Source: Methanocaldococcus sp. 16A (GTDB taxonomy: Archaea; AGJL01; Methanococci; Methanococcales; Methanocaldococcaceae). Taken from it: 64,000 nt of DNA. The notes beneath the pieces were generated by a model. That model worked only from the letters and a program-made list of their open reading frames with translations. It ran no database searches and was not told where the DNA came from. Within the stretch, counting starts at the first letter, position 1, and every line of letters begins with the position of its first letter. A program made the position numbers and the translations under genes. Shown here piece by piece: positions 1 to 15,676 of the stretch. Where the stretch lies: the NCBI GenBank assembly GCA_049860595.1, contig CP187551.1. One strand, given 5' to 3'.

Positions 1-110
1 GGCAATTATATATATCAGTTGATAGTAACCCAGATTTAATTTAAATTTTTTAAAATTTTTCTCTTTTTTTTGTCAATAATAAATTAAAAAAGAGGATTAA
101 TTATTCCATT

Positions 111-1739
<1,629 letters not shown>

Positions 1740-1752
1740 CTAATTTAATGCT

Positions 1753-2889
1753 TTATAAACTACATGGATGAATAAAACCTCCTTTAATCATTAAATCAGC
1801 TAATGTTGTAGCAACCATCGCCTCAGCTACTGGAATAATTCTTGGAACTATAATTGGGTCATGCCTTCCAGAAATCTCAATTTCAGTGTTCTCTAAGGTT
1901 TTTAAATTTATAGTTTTTTGCATTTTACCAATTGAAGGTGTTGGTTTTATAGCTATTCTCAAAACTATTGGAGTTCCACAACTAATTCCTCCTAATATAC
2001 CTCCACAATTATTTGTCTTAAATCTTATATTTTTCTCATCGTCAAAATACATCTCATCGTTCATCTCACTTCCATACATCTCTGCAGATTCAAAACCCCT
2101 ACCAATTTCAACTCCTTTAACAGCATTTATACTCATTAATGCTCTTGCCAATTCACCATTTAACTTATTAAATATTGGATTTCCAACACCAACAGGAACA
2201 TTTAATGCAACAATTTCAACAACTCCTCCAACGCTATCTTTCTCTTTCATAGCTTTTAAAACATACTCTTCCATATCTCTTTCATTCATAGATGGACATC
2301 TTAGTGGATTACTTTCAATAAGCTCTATTAATCTCTCTAAGGATTTTTCATTCTCAAAAATGTTTGGATTTTTGTAATAGTTGAAATCTCCTTCAATCTT
2401 TCCAATTTTTATAGTGTAGCCAACAATTTTTATGTTGTAAGTGTATGATAGAAGTTTTTTAGCAACAGCCCCTCCAATAACATGTCCTATAGTTACTCTT
2501 CCACTAGCCCTCCCTCCTCCTCTATAATCATAATTTTTATATTTCAATCTATAGGTTAAATCTGCATGTCCTGGTCTTGGGGTATCTTTTATTGCTGAAT
2601 AATCTTTAGGTCTCATATTTTTATTATACACTATAGAGCAAATAGGAGCTCCAGTAGTTTTTCCTTCAAAAATTCCTGATAAGATTTCTACTTTATCTTC
2701 TTCTTTTCTTGGTGTTGAAAATATACTCTGCCCAGGTCTTCTTCTATCAAGTTCTTTTTGGATATCCTCTTCAGACAAAGGTAGATTTGCTGGACAACCA
2801 TCAACAACTGCTCCAACAGCTTTTCCATGACTTTCTCCAAAAACTGTAACTCTAAACATATCCCCATAGGTGTTCATTAATGTCACCAA
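1753..2889 (-). CDS. aroC: Chorismate synthase
   Basis: FGESHG, RPGHAD, GGGRASGR, GRHDP motifs. Confidence 0.97.
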   Translation of the reverse strand: MVTLMNTYGDMFRVTVFGESHGKAVGAVVDGCPANLPLSEEDIQKELDRRRPGQSIFSTPRKEEDKVEILSGIFEGKTTGAPICSIVYNKNMRPKDYSAIKDTPRPGHADLTYRLKYKNYDYRGGGRASGRVTIGHVIGGAVAKKLLSYTYNIKIVGYTIKIGKIEGDFNYYKNPNIFENEKSLERLIELIESNPLRCPSMNERDMEEYVLKAMKEKDSVGGVVEIVALNVPVGVGNPIFNKLNGELARALMSINAVKGVEIGRGFESAEMYGSEMNDEMYFDDEKNIRFKTNNCGGILGGISCGTPIVLRIAIKPTPSIGKMQKTINLKTLENTEIEISGRHDPIIVPRIIPVAEAMVATTLADLMIKGGFIHPCSL

Positions 2890-2968
2890 AAAATCAATTT
2901 TATGAAAAGAAAAGTTAGAATGGTTATTAAAATAAAAAAATAAAAATTAAATAAAGTTTTTGGACATT

Positions 2969-4270
2969 TTATCTATAAAGAACTTCTAAATGAGCTGGTT
3001 CTTCAACTTTAACTCTCTTTTTCTCCATAATCTTCTCAACAGCTTTTTTGAAATCTTCCATTGTTACGTAATCTCTAAGCTCTCTAATTGCATTCATCCC
3101 TGCCTCTGTGCAGATTGCCTTTAATTCAGCCCCTACACATCCCTCTGTCATCTTAGCTATTTCCTCTAAATTAACGTCCTCTGCTAAGTTCATCTTTCTT
3201 GTGTGAATTTTCAATATCTCCAATCTACCTTTTTCATCTGGAGCTGGGACTTCAATAATTCTGTCAAATCTTCCAGGTCTTAATATTGCAGGGTCTAATA
3301 TATCAGGCCTATTTGTAGCTCCAATAACTTTAACATCTCCTCTTGCATCAAATCCATCCATTTCAGCTAATAATTGCATTAATGTTCTCTGAACTTCTCT
3401 ATCTCCACCAGTTAAAGCCTCTGTTCTTTTTGCTGCAATTGCATCAATCTCATCTATAAATATAATTGATGGTGCTTTTTCTTTAGCTAATTTGAATATA
3501 TCCTTAACTAATGAAGCTCCTTCCCCAATAAACTTCTTAACTAATTCAGAACCAACAACTCTTATGAATGTTGCATTAGTTTCTGTAGCAACTGCTTTAG
3601 CTAACAAAGTTTTACCTGTCCCTGGAGGACCATAAAGCAATATTCCCTTTGGTGGTTCAATTCCTACTTTTTCAAATAATTCTGGATGCTTCAATGGAAG
3701 CTCAACGACTTCTCTAATCTCTTGTATCTGCTTATCTAATCCACCAATATCTTCATATCTAACATTTGGTCTCTCGTCAACTTCCATTGCTTTAGCCCTG
3801 TAATCTTTATTTTCTGGCAATACATCAACTACTGTCAATGTTTGCTGATTTAAACAGACTCTCTTTCCAGGGGATAAATCATCTGGATTTACAAAGTGAG
3901 AGACATTAACTAAGAAACTTGGACCTGTTGAGCTTTTAACAACAACCTTTCTCTCTCCTACTTTATCAACTACAGTCCCAACTATTAATGGCGGAACTCT
4001 CATTCTATCTAATTCTCTTCTTAAAATTTCATTTTCTTTCATTAGCTGTAAATTCTCTCTTTCAAGCTCTTTTTTCTCCAATTCTAATTTTAAAATTCTA
4101 CTCTCTAATTCCGCAATTCTTGCCTTTTCTTGAAGTTCTTCTTTGAGTAAATCATTATTACTCAAATTATCTTCATTAGCTTCTTTTTCTTCTTTAAATT
4201 CTTCAGTAAATGACTTCTTTTCTTTTTTTAATTCAGATGAAATAAATTCTTCAAAAACCATAATTATCAC
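2969..4270 (-). CDS. pan: Proteasome-activating nucleotidase (AAA+ ATPase)
   Basis: N-terminal coiled coil, GPPGTGKT Walker A, DEID Walker B, C-terminal HbYX (LYR); start may be 4261. Confidence 0.97.
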   Translation of the reverse strand: MIIMVFEEFISSELKKEKKSFTEEFKEEKEANEDNLSNNDLLKEELQEKARIAELESRILKLELEKKELERENLQLMKENEILRRELDRMRVPPLIVGTVVDKVGERKVVVKSSTGPSFLVNVSHFVNPDDLSPGKRVCLNQQTLTVVDVLPENKDYRAKAMEVDERPNVRYEDIGGLDKQIQEIREVVELPLKHPELFEKVGIEPPKGILLYGPPGTGKTLLAKAVATETNATFIRVVGSELVKKFIGEGASLVKDIFKLAKEKAPSIIFIDEIDAIAAKRTEALTGGDREVQRTLMQLLAEMDGFDARGDVKVIGATNRPDILDPAILRPGRFDRIIEVPAPDEKGRLEILKIHTRKMNLAEDVNLEEIAKMTEGCVGAELKAICTEAGMNAIRELRDYVTMEDFKKAVEKIMEKKRVKVEEPAHLEVLYR

Positions 4271-4377
4271 CGAGTAAATTTAAGTTGAGTGAATGGATTA
4301 TTATAATCATTTTATTTATTATGGATTATCATTTATATACCATATGGAATTATAATAAAAATTCTTATATTTAAATC

Positions 4378-5430
4378 TTATGTTTGATTGTATAATATTT
4401 CATATATTTCTCTAACACTCTCCGCACATTTTTTCCAAGAAAACTTTTTTGAAAATTCTTCCCCATTTTTTCCCAGGGTTTTTCTTAAATCTTCATTATT
4501 TATTAACTCTAAAATTTTTTCTTTTAATGATTTTGGATTATTTTTTTCAACTAATAATCCATTGTATCCATCAATAACCATCTCTTTTAATCCTCCAACT
4601 TTTGTAGCAATTACAGGTTTAGAGCAAGCCATAGCTTCAACAGCTACCATTCCAAAGCCTTCACTTCTTGAAGGAACTACTAAAAAGCTACATTTTCTCA
4701 TAAATGAGGCAGTATCATTAAAGCTTTTTTTTCCTAAGAGTTCAATATGATTTAGGTTATTTTTTATGACAAAGTTTTCTATTTTTTTATATAATATTCC
4801 ATCTCCTATAAGTTTAAAATTAAAATCAATATCTTTTATAGCTTCTATTAAAATATCAACTCCTTTTTGTGGAACAAAAGCTCCAACAAACAATCCAAAG
4901 TTGTAATCACCTTCATCATACAAAAGCTCTCTATCTATTCCATTGTATATAACAACCGCTTTATTTTTCAAATTTTCATATAGTTGATTTTTTATATATT
5001 TACTTACACAAATTATTTTATCAGAGTTTTTTACTGCGTATTTGAAAAAATATCTTCCTTTTGAAGAATTTTTTAATATTAAAGCATCACTACCATGCAA
5101 AGTTAAAATATGTGGAATATGAAATTTATTTTTTAATAAAGCTCCAACACATCCTTGTGGAAAGGCATAATGAGAATGGATTAAATCAATATCTTCTTTT
5201 TTAATAATATCTTTCCCTATTTTGTAGGCATTTATTAGATAACTAATCCCTCTAAATTTTTTTAAATGGGGAACATTATGAATAATTACATTTTTATATT
5301 CGTTTTCTTCATAATTATCATAAGTTAGTATATGAAACTCAACATCTTTTAAATGTCTAACTAAATTTTCTACATGTATTGTAATTCCTCCAACATGAGG
5401 ATAATATATAGTTGGCATTAAAACTTTCAT
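4378..5430 (-). CDS. Glycosyltransferase family 4 (GT-B)
   Basis: EGFGMVAVEAMA (EX7E) motif; HSH; ATG 5430 behind GTGA SD. Confidence 0.9.
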   Translation of the reverse strand: MKVLMPTIYYPHVGGITIHVENLVRHLKDVEFHILTYDNYEENEYKNVIIHNVPHLKKFRGISYLINAYKIGKDIIKKEDIDLIHSHYAFPQGCVGALLKNKFHIPHILTLHGSDALILKNSSKGRYFFKYAVKNSDKIICVSKYIKNQLYENLKNKAVVIYNGIDRELLYDEGDYNFGLFVGAFVPQKGVDILIEAIKDIDFNFKLIGDGILYKKIENFVIKNNLNHIELLGKKSFNDTASFMRKCSFLVVPSRSEGFGMVAVEAMACSKPVIATKVGGLKEMVIDGYNGLLVEKNNPKSLKEKILELINNEDLRKTLGKNGEEFSKKFSWKKCAESVREIYEILYNQT

Positions 5431-5447
5431 TGTTATCACGTGGTAGT

Positions 5448-6449
5448 ATGAGATTTAATGAGTTTAGATTATTTAGGAAAGGAATTATTATTGGATTGTT
5501 AATAATGTTGTTATATATAATTTGGCCATTTATTGATGTTTTAGCTTATTCTATAGCATTTGCATATATGGCTTTGCCAATATACAGGTTATTAAGAAAA
5601 AAATTTAATAAAACTATTTCAGCAGGTTTGGCAATTAGCATATATATTCTCCCAATTATGATAATAACTACCTATGCTTTAATCGCACTTATGGAAATTG
5701 TATTCTCATTTAATACTAAATCCTTAGGGCAATATACAGAAGTAATTCTTACGCTATATAATACTTCTATCTTGAAGGGAGTAATTAATGAGCAAATTCT
5801 TACAAAATATATTGATGAATTCGTAAAATATTTAATTAATCAATTTTCTGGGAAGATCGTCGATGTGGGATATCTGATAATTAAAGTTATTATGATATTA
5901 TTCATAACATTCTACTTTTTAAAGGATGGTGATAAAGTTAAAAATCTAATAATATCATTTTCCCCTAATGAATATAAAGAAAAAATGGAAGTTTATTTGG
6001 GATATCTTCACGACTCATATAAAAATTTATTTATCAGCTGTGTTTCACTTTCTGTAATTATAGCAATTTTATCTTATATTGGGTATCTTATAGTTAGAGT
6101 CCCATACGCGGAGTTATTTGCACTCATAACTGGAATATTTGCTTTATTGCCTATATTAGGAGGATGGATGGTATATATCCCAATAGCCATATATTATTTC
6201 TTAACTCATGATTATACAAAAGCAATTTTCATATTTATTTATGGAGAAATTTTTTTATCCATAGCTCCAGATTTCGTAATAAGACCTTATTTAGTTAAAA
6301 AAGATGTGGATATTCATCCTGTTCTTGTTGTTATTGCATTCTTAATGGCTCCTCTCTCATTAGGATTTAGTGGGTTTGCTATAGGTCCATTAGTTGTTGG
6401 AGCATTAAATGCTTTTTATTTGGCAAAATATAGAGATGGGAAGATTTAG
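5448..6449 (+). CDS. AI-2E/PerM family membrane transporter
   Basis: Polytopic hydrophobic protein with LPILGG, IRP..V, IHP and GPL motifs. Confidence 0.85.
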   Translation: MRFNEFRLFRKGIIIGLLIMLLYIIWPFIDVLAYSIAFAYMALPIYRLLRKKFNKTISAGLAISIYILPIMIITTYALIALMEIVFSFNTKSLGQYTEVILTLYNTSILKGVINEQILTKYIDEFVKYLINQFSGKIVDVGYLIIKVIMILFITFYFLKDGDKVKNLIISFSPNEYKEKMEVYLGYLHDSYKNLFISCVSLSVIIAILSYIGYLIVRVPYAELFALITGIFALLPILGGWMVYIPIAIYYFLTHDYTKAIFIFIYGEIFLSIAPDFVIRPYLVKKDVDIHPVLVVIAFLMAPLSLGFSGFAIGPLVVGALNAFYLAKYRDGKI

Positions 6450-6460
6450 AGTGGTAGAGT

Positions 6461-6916
6461 ATGGAAAAGAAAAAAAGAGTGGTTACTGCAGGAACATTTG
6501 ATATATTGCATCCAGGACATTATGAGACATTAAAATTTGCTAAGAGTTTAGGAGATGAGCTTATAGTTATTGTTGCAAGGGATGAAACAGTTAAAAAAAT
6601 AAAAGGTAGAAAACCAATAATTCCAGAAGAACAGAGGAGAGAAATGGTTGAAGCATTAAAACCTGTTGATAAAGCAGTATTGGGAAGTTTAAAAAATAAA
6701 TTAGAACCAATATTGAAATTAAAACCAGATGTTATTGTTCTTGGCCCTGACCAAACAACTTTTGATGAAGAAACTCTAAAAAAAGAACTTGCTAAATATA
6801 ATTTATATCCAGAGATTGTTAGATTTGAAGGCTATAAAAAGTGTCCATTTCACAGCTCTTTTGATATAGTGAAAGAAATAATTAGGAGATTTTGCAATAA
6901 AGAGATTAAACTCTAA
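6461..6916 (+). CDS. ribL: Archaeal FAD synthetase (cytidylyltransferase family)
   Basis: [10 protein letters not shown] (HIGH) motif, VLGPDQ, C-terminal Cys-containing tail. Confidence 0.88.
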   Translation: MEKKKRVVTAGTFDILHPGHYETLKFAKSLGDELIVIVARDETVKKIKGRKPIIPEEQRREMVEALKPVDKAVLGSLKNKLEPILKLKPDVIVLGPDQTTFDEETLKKELAKYNLYPEIVRFEGYKKCPFHSSFDIVKEIIRRFCNKEIKL

Positions 6917-7087
6917 TGCCCTTTTTTAATCTTTTATAATTAATTTCTTATCCTATCAGTGTTTTCTTATAAGGTAAATTATCTACAAAAAAATAAAAAA
7001 TTTTATATATTACTCATTCAAAATTTTCTCATGTTCATATAGTCAATCATAAAAATAAAAATTACTACATTAATTTAAGGTGATATT

Positions 7088-8227
7088 ATGAAAAAGATAT
7101 ATGCAGTGATGGCTTTATTAATTTCATCCATAGTTCTATTTGCTGGATGTGTCCAAAACCAGCAAACATCAGAAGTTCCTACATTGACAGTAGCTTATTT
7201 ACCATCAGACCACCATGCAGCGTTATTTGTAGCCTGTGACAACCCAGATTTGTTTAAAAACAATTATGGTATTTATTTAAAAGCAGTTAAAGATAAAGAA
7301 GAGTATGAATTATACAAAGGAGATAATAAAATTGCTAATGTAAAAATAGTTAAAGTTACTGAGGGAGGAGCAAGTATAATGAACCTAATGACTCAGGGAC
7401 AGGTTGATGTTGCTTTAGTAGGAAACCCACCAGTAATTTTCTACATTGATAAAGGAACAAATGCTAAGATTATAATGAACTTACATACAGAAGGTTCAGC
7501 AGTAGTTGTTAGAAAAGACATTCCAGTAAATAACTGGGAGGACTTTGTAAATTGGATAAAAGAGCAACATAAAAAAGGATATCAAGTAAAAATAGGGCAT
7601 CCACTTCCTACATCAATCCAATATGTTATGATTAAAGATGCTTTAAAAGCTGAAGGAATTACTTACACTGAAGACCCTAATAATAAAAGTGCAATGGTTT
7701 TATTAATGAACTGTAAAGGACAAAAAACAATGCCTCAAATGTTAGCTCAAAAGCAGTTGGATGCAGTTATAGCATGGGAACCTACACCAGAGATTATAAA
7801 AAGCAAAGGCATTGGAAAAGTTATTGCTTATAGTGAAGATTTACCAAGTACTTCAGGTGGAAAATGGACAGACCATCCATGCTGTTGCTTAGCTGCATCA
7901 GAAGATGCTTTAAATAATAAAAGAGAAGCAGTAATTACATTTGCAAAACTTCTTAAATATTCAACAGATGAAATTAACAAAGATAAAGATTTAGCTGTTA
8001 AAGCATCAGTTAGATGGCTTGGAACAGATGAAGCTGTTGAAAAGGATTCAATTGCACATATAAAGTTTGATTATAGATTAGAGCCAATAATCCCACAAGT
8101 AATAAAATTCGTTGAAGCTATGAAACTTCAAGGATTAATAAGTGGTAAGTTGAAAGATGTTTCATCAGAAGATGCTAAGAACTTGATATTTGACTTACAA
8201 ACATATAATGAAATAATAAGAAATTAA
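7088..8227 (+). CDS. NitT/TauT-type ABC transporter substrate-binding lipoprotein
   Basis: Lipobox LFAGC; AWEP and HPCC motifs of SsuA/NrtA-like binding proteins. Confidence 0.8.
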   Translation: MKKIYAVMALLISSIVLFAGCVQNQQTSEVPTLTVAYLPSDHHAALFVACDNPDLFKNNYGIYLKAVKDKEEYELYKGDNKIANVKIVKVTEGGASIMNLMTQGQVDVALVGNPPVIFYIDKGTNAKIIMNLHTEGSAVVVRKDIPVNNWEDFVNWIKEQHKKGYQVKIGHPLPTSIQYVMIKDALKAEGITYTEDPNNKSAMVLLMNCKGQKTMPQMLAQKQLDAVIAWEPTPEIIKSKGIGKVIAYSEDLPSTSGGKWTDHPCCCLAASEDALNNKREAVITFAKLLKYSTDEINKDKDLAVKASVRWLGTDEAVEKDSIAHIKFDYRLEPIIPQVIKFVEAMKLQGLISGKLKDVSSEDAKNLIFDLQTYNEIIRN

Positions 8228-8506
8228 ACTTGATAATGTTCTATTTTAACTCTTTTTGATTAATTTTTAAAAAAATTTTAATTTTATTTAATTAGTTACC
8301 CTGTTTTTGTATGAATGTTGTTATAATAAAAACTAAACTATATTCAACAACTACAAACTATAAATATTTTCATAGAAATTTATAAATATATCTATTTATG
8401 TTATAAAAATAATAGTTTTGATTTTTTTATTTTTTAATGTAATGTAGTATTTTTCCATAGATTATTATAACAAAATTATTAAATATTTATGTATGGTGGT
8501 GTTATT

Positions 8507-9601
8507 ATGCAAGTAGGTATTATTGGAGCGGGATTGGCAGGGTCTGTATTGTATAGATTACTTTCAGAACATGGTTTTTATATAAATATATATGACCATC
8601 TATTAGTTAGGGGATGTAAAAGTACGAATTTTATATTTTCTAACAAAAATGAAATTTTAGCAATAAAAAAAGTATTTAAAATTGTAAATTTAGATATTAG
8701 GGATTATATTATTAATGAGATAGATGAGATAAATATTGAAGGAGACAACTATCATCCTAACAAAAAAATATATGTTATAAATAAATCTAAATTAATAGAA
8801 GATTTAGTGCCAAGAACAATTGTTATACACAGGGAATTTAATCCCGCTATTAGAAGATATAGGACAAAAGTTAGTGATACAGGAAATATAGAAAGAGAAT
8901 TCAATACTGAAGCTGAAACTAAATTTTATGATTTAATTGTTGATGCTTCCGGTAATACCAAAGTATTTCAATTAGGTAATATCCATACCAAATATAAGAA
9001 TGATATTAGAACATGCCAATTTCTAATAGCTTATGAAAATAATTCAAAAAAATTTGATAAATTTTTTATCGATGAAATAAAAATACATAAAGGAAAGCCA
9101 CTTATTGGTTATACTTGGATAACTCCTATAGGTAATGGATTATACCATGTAGGATGCTCTTACTACAAAAATGACCATAAATTATGGGAATTATTAAAAA
9201 GATATGTTAAAAAAATGTTTGGTAATGGATATACTAAGGTTTGTGGATGTTCTTCAAGAATAAACGGAAATTTAATCTCTGAAAGCTTTATAGGAGGAGT
9301 GTATGAGAGAAGATGTGTAGCAAGTATTGGAGAAAGTATGGGATTAACAACACCTTTAGGACATGGAAATGTTTATGCTATAATTTCTGCCTATATTTTG
9401 TCAAAGTTTATAAGCAAATATGAATTAGATGAAGCTGTGTTGAAGTACAAATATTATATGTTAAAAAAATTTGAAAAATTGGATAATGATAAAAAAGCTT
9501 TAAAAAGTTTTAATTTAGTAAGGATTACAAGAGTACTTAAAGAATATTATAATATACCAATTCATGAATCCATGAAGATTATACTCAAATCCCTATATTA
9601 A
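8507..9601 (+). CDS. FAD-dependent oxidoreductase (geranylgeranyl-reductase-like, divergent)
   Basis: VGIIGAGLAG Rossmann motif, DASG, GYTWITP, IGES..GLTTP.GHG. Confidence 0.75.
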   Translation: MQVGIIGAGLAGSVLYRLLSEHGFYINIYDHLLVRGCKSTNFIFSNKNEILAIKKVFKIVNLDIRDYIINEIDEINIEGDNYHPNKKIYVINKSKLIEDLVPRTIVIHREFNPAIRRYRTKVSDTGNIEREFNTEAETKFYDLIVDASGNTKVFQLGNIHTKYKNDIRTCQFLIAYENNSKKFDKFFIDEIKIHKGKPLIGYTWITPIGNGLYHVGCSYYKNDHKLWELLKRYVKKMFGNGYTKVCGCSSRINGNLISESFIGGVYERRCVASIGESMGLTTPLGHGNVYAIISAYILSKFISKYELDEAVLKYKYYMLKKFEKLDNDKKALKSFNLVRITRVLKEYYNIPIHESMKIILKSLY

Positions 9602-10089
9602 TGGTGATATTCTTGACATTGTTAAAATTGTTAAAAGAAGAAAATGGACTTACTCCAATGTTAAGAGAATTTAAAAATTTTATAGAGAATAACAATATAG
9701 AAAGTGTTGCATTTGTAGGCTCTATTGGAGTTTGTCAGCCTTTTGCAGAATTGTTTGGATATGCAATAAGAAATAAAGAGAGTTATTTCATTCCAAATGG
9801 GGATTTAAACAATGTTAAAAAACTTGTTATTAAAGATGTAGGTATGCAAATGGAAAACTTTGAAAGCTTAGATAAAGTAGATGCAGTTGTTTTATTTGGA
9901 GGTTTAGCAATGCCAAAGTATAATGTAGAGATAGATAAAATTAAAGAATTAATAAAAAGACTTTCTCCTAAAAAAGTTATTGGTATATGTTTTATGAGTA
10001 TCTTTAAAAAGGCAGGATGGGATAAAGAAATAAATTTTGACTACTTAATTGATGGACATATAAAAATCTCCATATATGGTAAGGAATAA
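9601..10089 (+). CDS. DUF2124 family methanogen protein
   Basis: GVCQPFAEL, GGLAMP, GICFMSIF motifs. Confidence 0.75.
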   Translation: MVIFLTLLKLLKEENGLTPMLREFKNFIENNNIESVAFVGSIGVCQPFAELFGYAIRNKESYFIPNGDLNNVKKLVIKDVGMQMENFESLDKVDAVVLFGGLAMPKYNVEIDKIKELIKRLSPKKVIGICFMSIFKKAGWDKEINFDYLIDGHIKISIYGKE

Positions 10090-10095
10090 AAATAA

Positions 10096-10584
<489 letters not shown>

Positions 10585-10588
10585 AATT

Positions 10589-10670
10589 AATAGGACTTTC
10601 GCAGAACTAAATTTTTATAAGACGTCTAAATACATAATTAAATATAAAGAGAAAGTGCGAAAGTCCTATT
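10589..10670. repeat. Short palindromic/MITE-like element, copy 1
   Basis: Perfect 15-bp terminal inverted repeats AATAGGACTTTCGCA / TGCGAAAGTCCTATT. Confidence 0.85.
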
Positions 10671-12538
10671 TAATTGATTCTCCAATCAATATCTAAGAGT
10701 TCAGAATATCTGTCTAAAACTCTTTTTATATAGTTATCTACATTTTCTCTATTTTCAAATTTTTTAGTCCATTCTTCATTGCCAAACTCTTTTGCTAATG
10801 CTATAATTAAATCTCTAACTCTTTCACTTTCAATTTTTGCAGGATATCCAATCTTTTTGTTGTAGTTGCAGATTTCTTTATAGAGCTTTATTGAATCTTC
10901 TACAATATTTTCTATACCTAAAAGTTCTTTAGCTAAATCATTTAATACTGGTTTAAGCCATTTTCTATGGAATCTGCAAACTCCAAGGTTTTCTATTGGT
11001 AGTTCTAATTTTATATTTTCTACAACTAATTCAGCTAATTTTTCTGGTTCATTAAACTCTGGTTTGTAATAGGTTAGATATCTTCCTTGAATAACAAATG
11101 GTATAAAGAATCCAGGAGTCCAGTATAAATTTGATGCAATTTCTCCCCAATCGCCAAATGGAACATAAACAGCAAAATCATTAAACTTTTTACCAAATTC
11201 TTTAACTCTACTTTTAAATCTCTCATTTAATATCTTAGATGCTTTTCTCTTTCCTAATGATAGGATTTTGTAGATTTCATTTGAGTTCTCTGCTAAATTA
11301 TATAATAACTTTATTGCTTGCTCGGCATTGTGCTTAGAAATCTCTTTAATCTCTTCATCACTTCCATCTATAATCTTTTTATGGTCAAATATCGGCTTTT
11401 TTATATTTAGCTCATCTTCTTTCAACAAACCAACATCTAAGAGTTCAAAAACCCATGCAATTAAATTTCCAATTTCTATTGAATCAAATCCTAATGCATC
11501 AACTGTTTTAACAACTCTATCCGCTTCATATAAATCAAAAATTCCTAATAAAGTTCCATTAGCTGCATAAGGCTCATAATCAATTTTGTTTTTATTTCTA
11601 TACTTTTTACATACAACAGGACATGGCTCCCCACAGTTAGTCCAATTCTTTGTTTCTATAGTTTCTTTATTGAATGTTTCAAGATAAAGTTTTAATATTT
11701 TATCTAAAATTTTTTTTCTATCCTCTTTATCTATATAGGGCATTCTCCAATTAAATATCGGAACTTTCTCTTTATACAAAAGCCAGTTGTTCCCAAAAGT
11801 CCCTCCAGTCTTTGTTTCTTCATCATACCTATATTTTTTTGTGTGCTCTAAAACAACTTTACTCATAGGTTTTTTATAATAATCTTCAATAATTTTTTTA
11901 GCCTTTTCTTTTTCCTCTTTATTTTCTTTTTCATCTCCAAAGAAAACAATTCCCACTATGTTATGGGCTCTATAAAGTACAGAACCTCCTCCCCCTCTTG
12001 CTGCCCAATCTTCTGAGCCCTCAACAAATCTACCATTTCTAACTGTTTGAGAAAATAAAGCCCCCATATTTGTTCTTTTGGAAGCTTCACCCACAACAAC
12101 ACTTCTCATATTTTTGTCTTTGTAGAGCTCGAGGATATATTTGCTAACCTCATAAACTGTTTTTAAATCTTCTTTAACCTCAATAAAATCAATTTTTAAC
12201 TGACCTTCGTTTTCTATAACCAATATTGATGGCTTCTCACACCTTCCAACAATTGCTACATTATTTAATCCTGTGCTTTTGAACTGATATCCTGCTCCTC
12301 CCATTGATGAAAAATAGAAACCATCCCAAAGTGGAGACCTAAAGGAAAATATTAATCTATGCCCTCCTATAATTGGCAAAACTCCACTACCAAAACAAAA
12401 GACATTTCTTTCATCATAAACATCATACTTCCATGTCTCAAATTTATTATGCCAATATAGTCCCCAAGTTATTGGTAATATATTTTTTTCAATGATTTCA
12501 AAATTTTTTGTTGTTGCATTTATTAAAGCATTTTTCAT
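10670..12538 (-). CDS. gor: Glyceraldehyde-3-phosphate:ferredoxin oxidoreductase (W-dependent AOR family)
   Basis: AARGGGG, CGEPCPVVC, DALGFD, GVCRFHR motifs. Confidence 0.88.
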   Translation of the reverse strand: MKNALINATTKNFEIIEKNILPITWGLYWHNKFETWKYDVYDERNVFCFGSGVLPIIGGHRLIFSFRSPLWDGFYFSSMGGAGYQFKSTGLNNVAIVGRCEKPSILVIENEGQLKIDFIEVKEDLKTVYEVSKYILELYKDKNMRSVVVGEASKRTNMGALFSQTVRNGRFVEGSEDWAARGGGGSVLYRAHNIVGIVFFGDEKENKEEKEKAKKIIEDYYKKPMSKVVLEHTKKYRYDEETKTGGTFGNNWLLYKEKVPIFNWRMPYIDKEDRKKILDKILKLYLETFNKETIETKNWTNCGEPCPVVCKKYRNKNKIDYEPYAANGTLLGIFDLYEADRVVKTVDALGFDSIEIGNLIAWVFELLDVGLLKEDELNIKKPIFDHKKIIDGSDEEIKEISKHNAEQAIKLLYNLAENSNEIYKILSLGKRKASKILNERFKSRVKEFGKKFNDFAVYVPFGDWGEIASNLYWTPGFFIPFVIQGRYLTYYKPEFNEPEKLAELVVENIKLELPIENLGVCRFHRKWLKPVLNDLAKELLGIENIVEDSIKLYKEICNYNKKIGYPAKIESERVRDLIIALAKEFGNEEWTKKFENRENVDNYIKRVLDRYSELLDIDWRIN

Positions 12539-12684
12539 AGTCTCAAACCTTTAATTTTTATTGTCTAATTTTTATTTTTGAATTTTTAATGTTTTATAAG
12601 TTTTGTTAATTAAAAGTGATGAACATAATATTTAAATATGAAATCAAAATACTTTTACTTTTGGAAGCCTATTAAAAAAGGTGA

Positions 12685-14570
<1,886 letters not shown>

Positions 14571-14660
14571 TATCTATGTTTATTAAATTTTCTTATTTAT
14601 TATTTCAGTATTTGGAATCTTTACCAAAAGATTTGGACTAAAGGATAGAGAATCCCAATA

Positions 14661-15566
14661 TCAACTTTTTATCTGTCGCGTGGCTCCTATTTTAATCCCT
14701 GCCTTTGATGCTTTAGCAATGAGGTAATTGATAAAAGCAGAACACGAGACTAACATAAATTTTGCATCTTCAAAACTAAGATTAGGTTCATCAAGTAAAG
14801 CATGACGTATGCCATCAGCATCACTTGTATATCCATATAAATTACTGAATGCTTTTTTTAAAGCAGGATGTAAGCCAATTTTGTCTTCTATTTTTTTTAA
14901 GGCTTGACCTAATGTCGCTTTTTCATCTCCCGTTATTAGCTTACAAATAGCCTCTACCGCACTTATAGACTCTTTAATCGAATTCCTATAATCTGGAGAT
15001 TTTCTGTCCGCTAATAATTCTAAAGCTCTTTTTAAATGAATATTAACAGCTTTCAAATCATTTGTTTTTTCTAAAGCCCCTTCTATCTCTGAAATTTCGT
15101 ATTCTGAAGTTATCGGTGTAATTTTACCTCCAACAAAACGATATGCTGATAATTCTTGTTCTAAAACAGAATTGCAATATATCATAAATTGTAAATTAAC
15201 TTTTTCATCAGGATAATTGTTAGCGACAAATTCTATAAAATCATAAACCTCATACCATTCACAACTAAAAAAATAATTTTTTATTATATCTATCATAGTT
15301 GTAGTATCAGGCAAAGTATCAATCGGTTCCTTAAAATATGAGTCCCATAATCTTTTAAAGAAGTTTTCCATAGGTATTTCCATATGTATTTTGGATAAAA
15401 TATCAATATTTCTATTTATAGAAATAAACGAACCTTTTGTCTCTTTTATTTTATCCCAATAGTAAATCTTCAAAGCATTCCATAGCCTATTTCTTAATCC
15501 ATCGTCTATAGAATTAATTTGTATATTTTTAATGTTAAATCCCATTCTTTGAGAAAATAACTTCAT
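14661..15566 (-). CDS. AbiJ-NTD4-like N-terminal domain + HEPN-like C-terminal domain protein (putative abortive infection)
   Basis: FSQRMG..LRNRLWN, WYEVYDFIE, SIKESISAVE, LYGYTSD..GIRH motifs; atypical CG-containing codons; ends in TGA. Confidence 0.72.
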   Translation of the reverse strand: MKLFSQRMGFNIKNIQINSIDDGLRNRLWNALKIYYWDKIKETKGSFISINRNIDILSKIHMEIPMENFFKRLWDSYFKEPIDTLPDTTTMIDIIKNYFFSCEWYEVYDFIEFVANNYPDEKVNLQFMIYCNSVLEQELSAYRFVGGKITPITSEYEISEIEGALEKTNDLKAVNIHLKRALELLADRKSPDYRNSIKESISAVEAICKLITGDEKATLGQALKKIEDKIGLHPALKKAFSNLYGYTSDADGIRHALLDEPNLSFEDAKFMLVSCSAFINYLIAKASKAGIKIGATRQIKS

Positions 15567-15676
15567 AACACCACCATAATAATGTAATTTTGAACATCAT
15601 CTATTAAAACTGTGCGTATCTTATGCATATTTGTAGATATTGAACTATATAATATTTTATAGTTTATGGTGAAACA

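Noticed and set aside
14583-14663. 25 open codons after the TGA of the AbiJ-like gene (possible Sec read-through)
   Set aside because: No SECIS nearby, no Cys-type context, and the domain appears complete before the TGA
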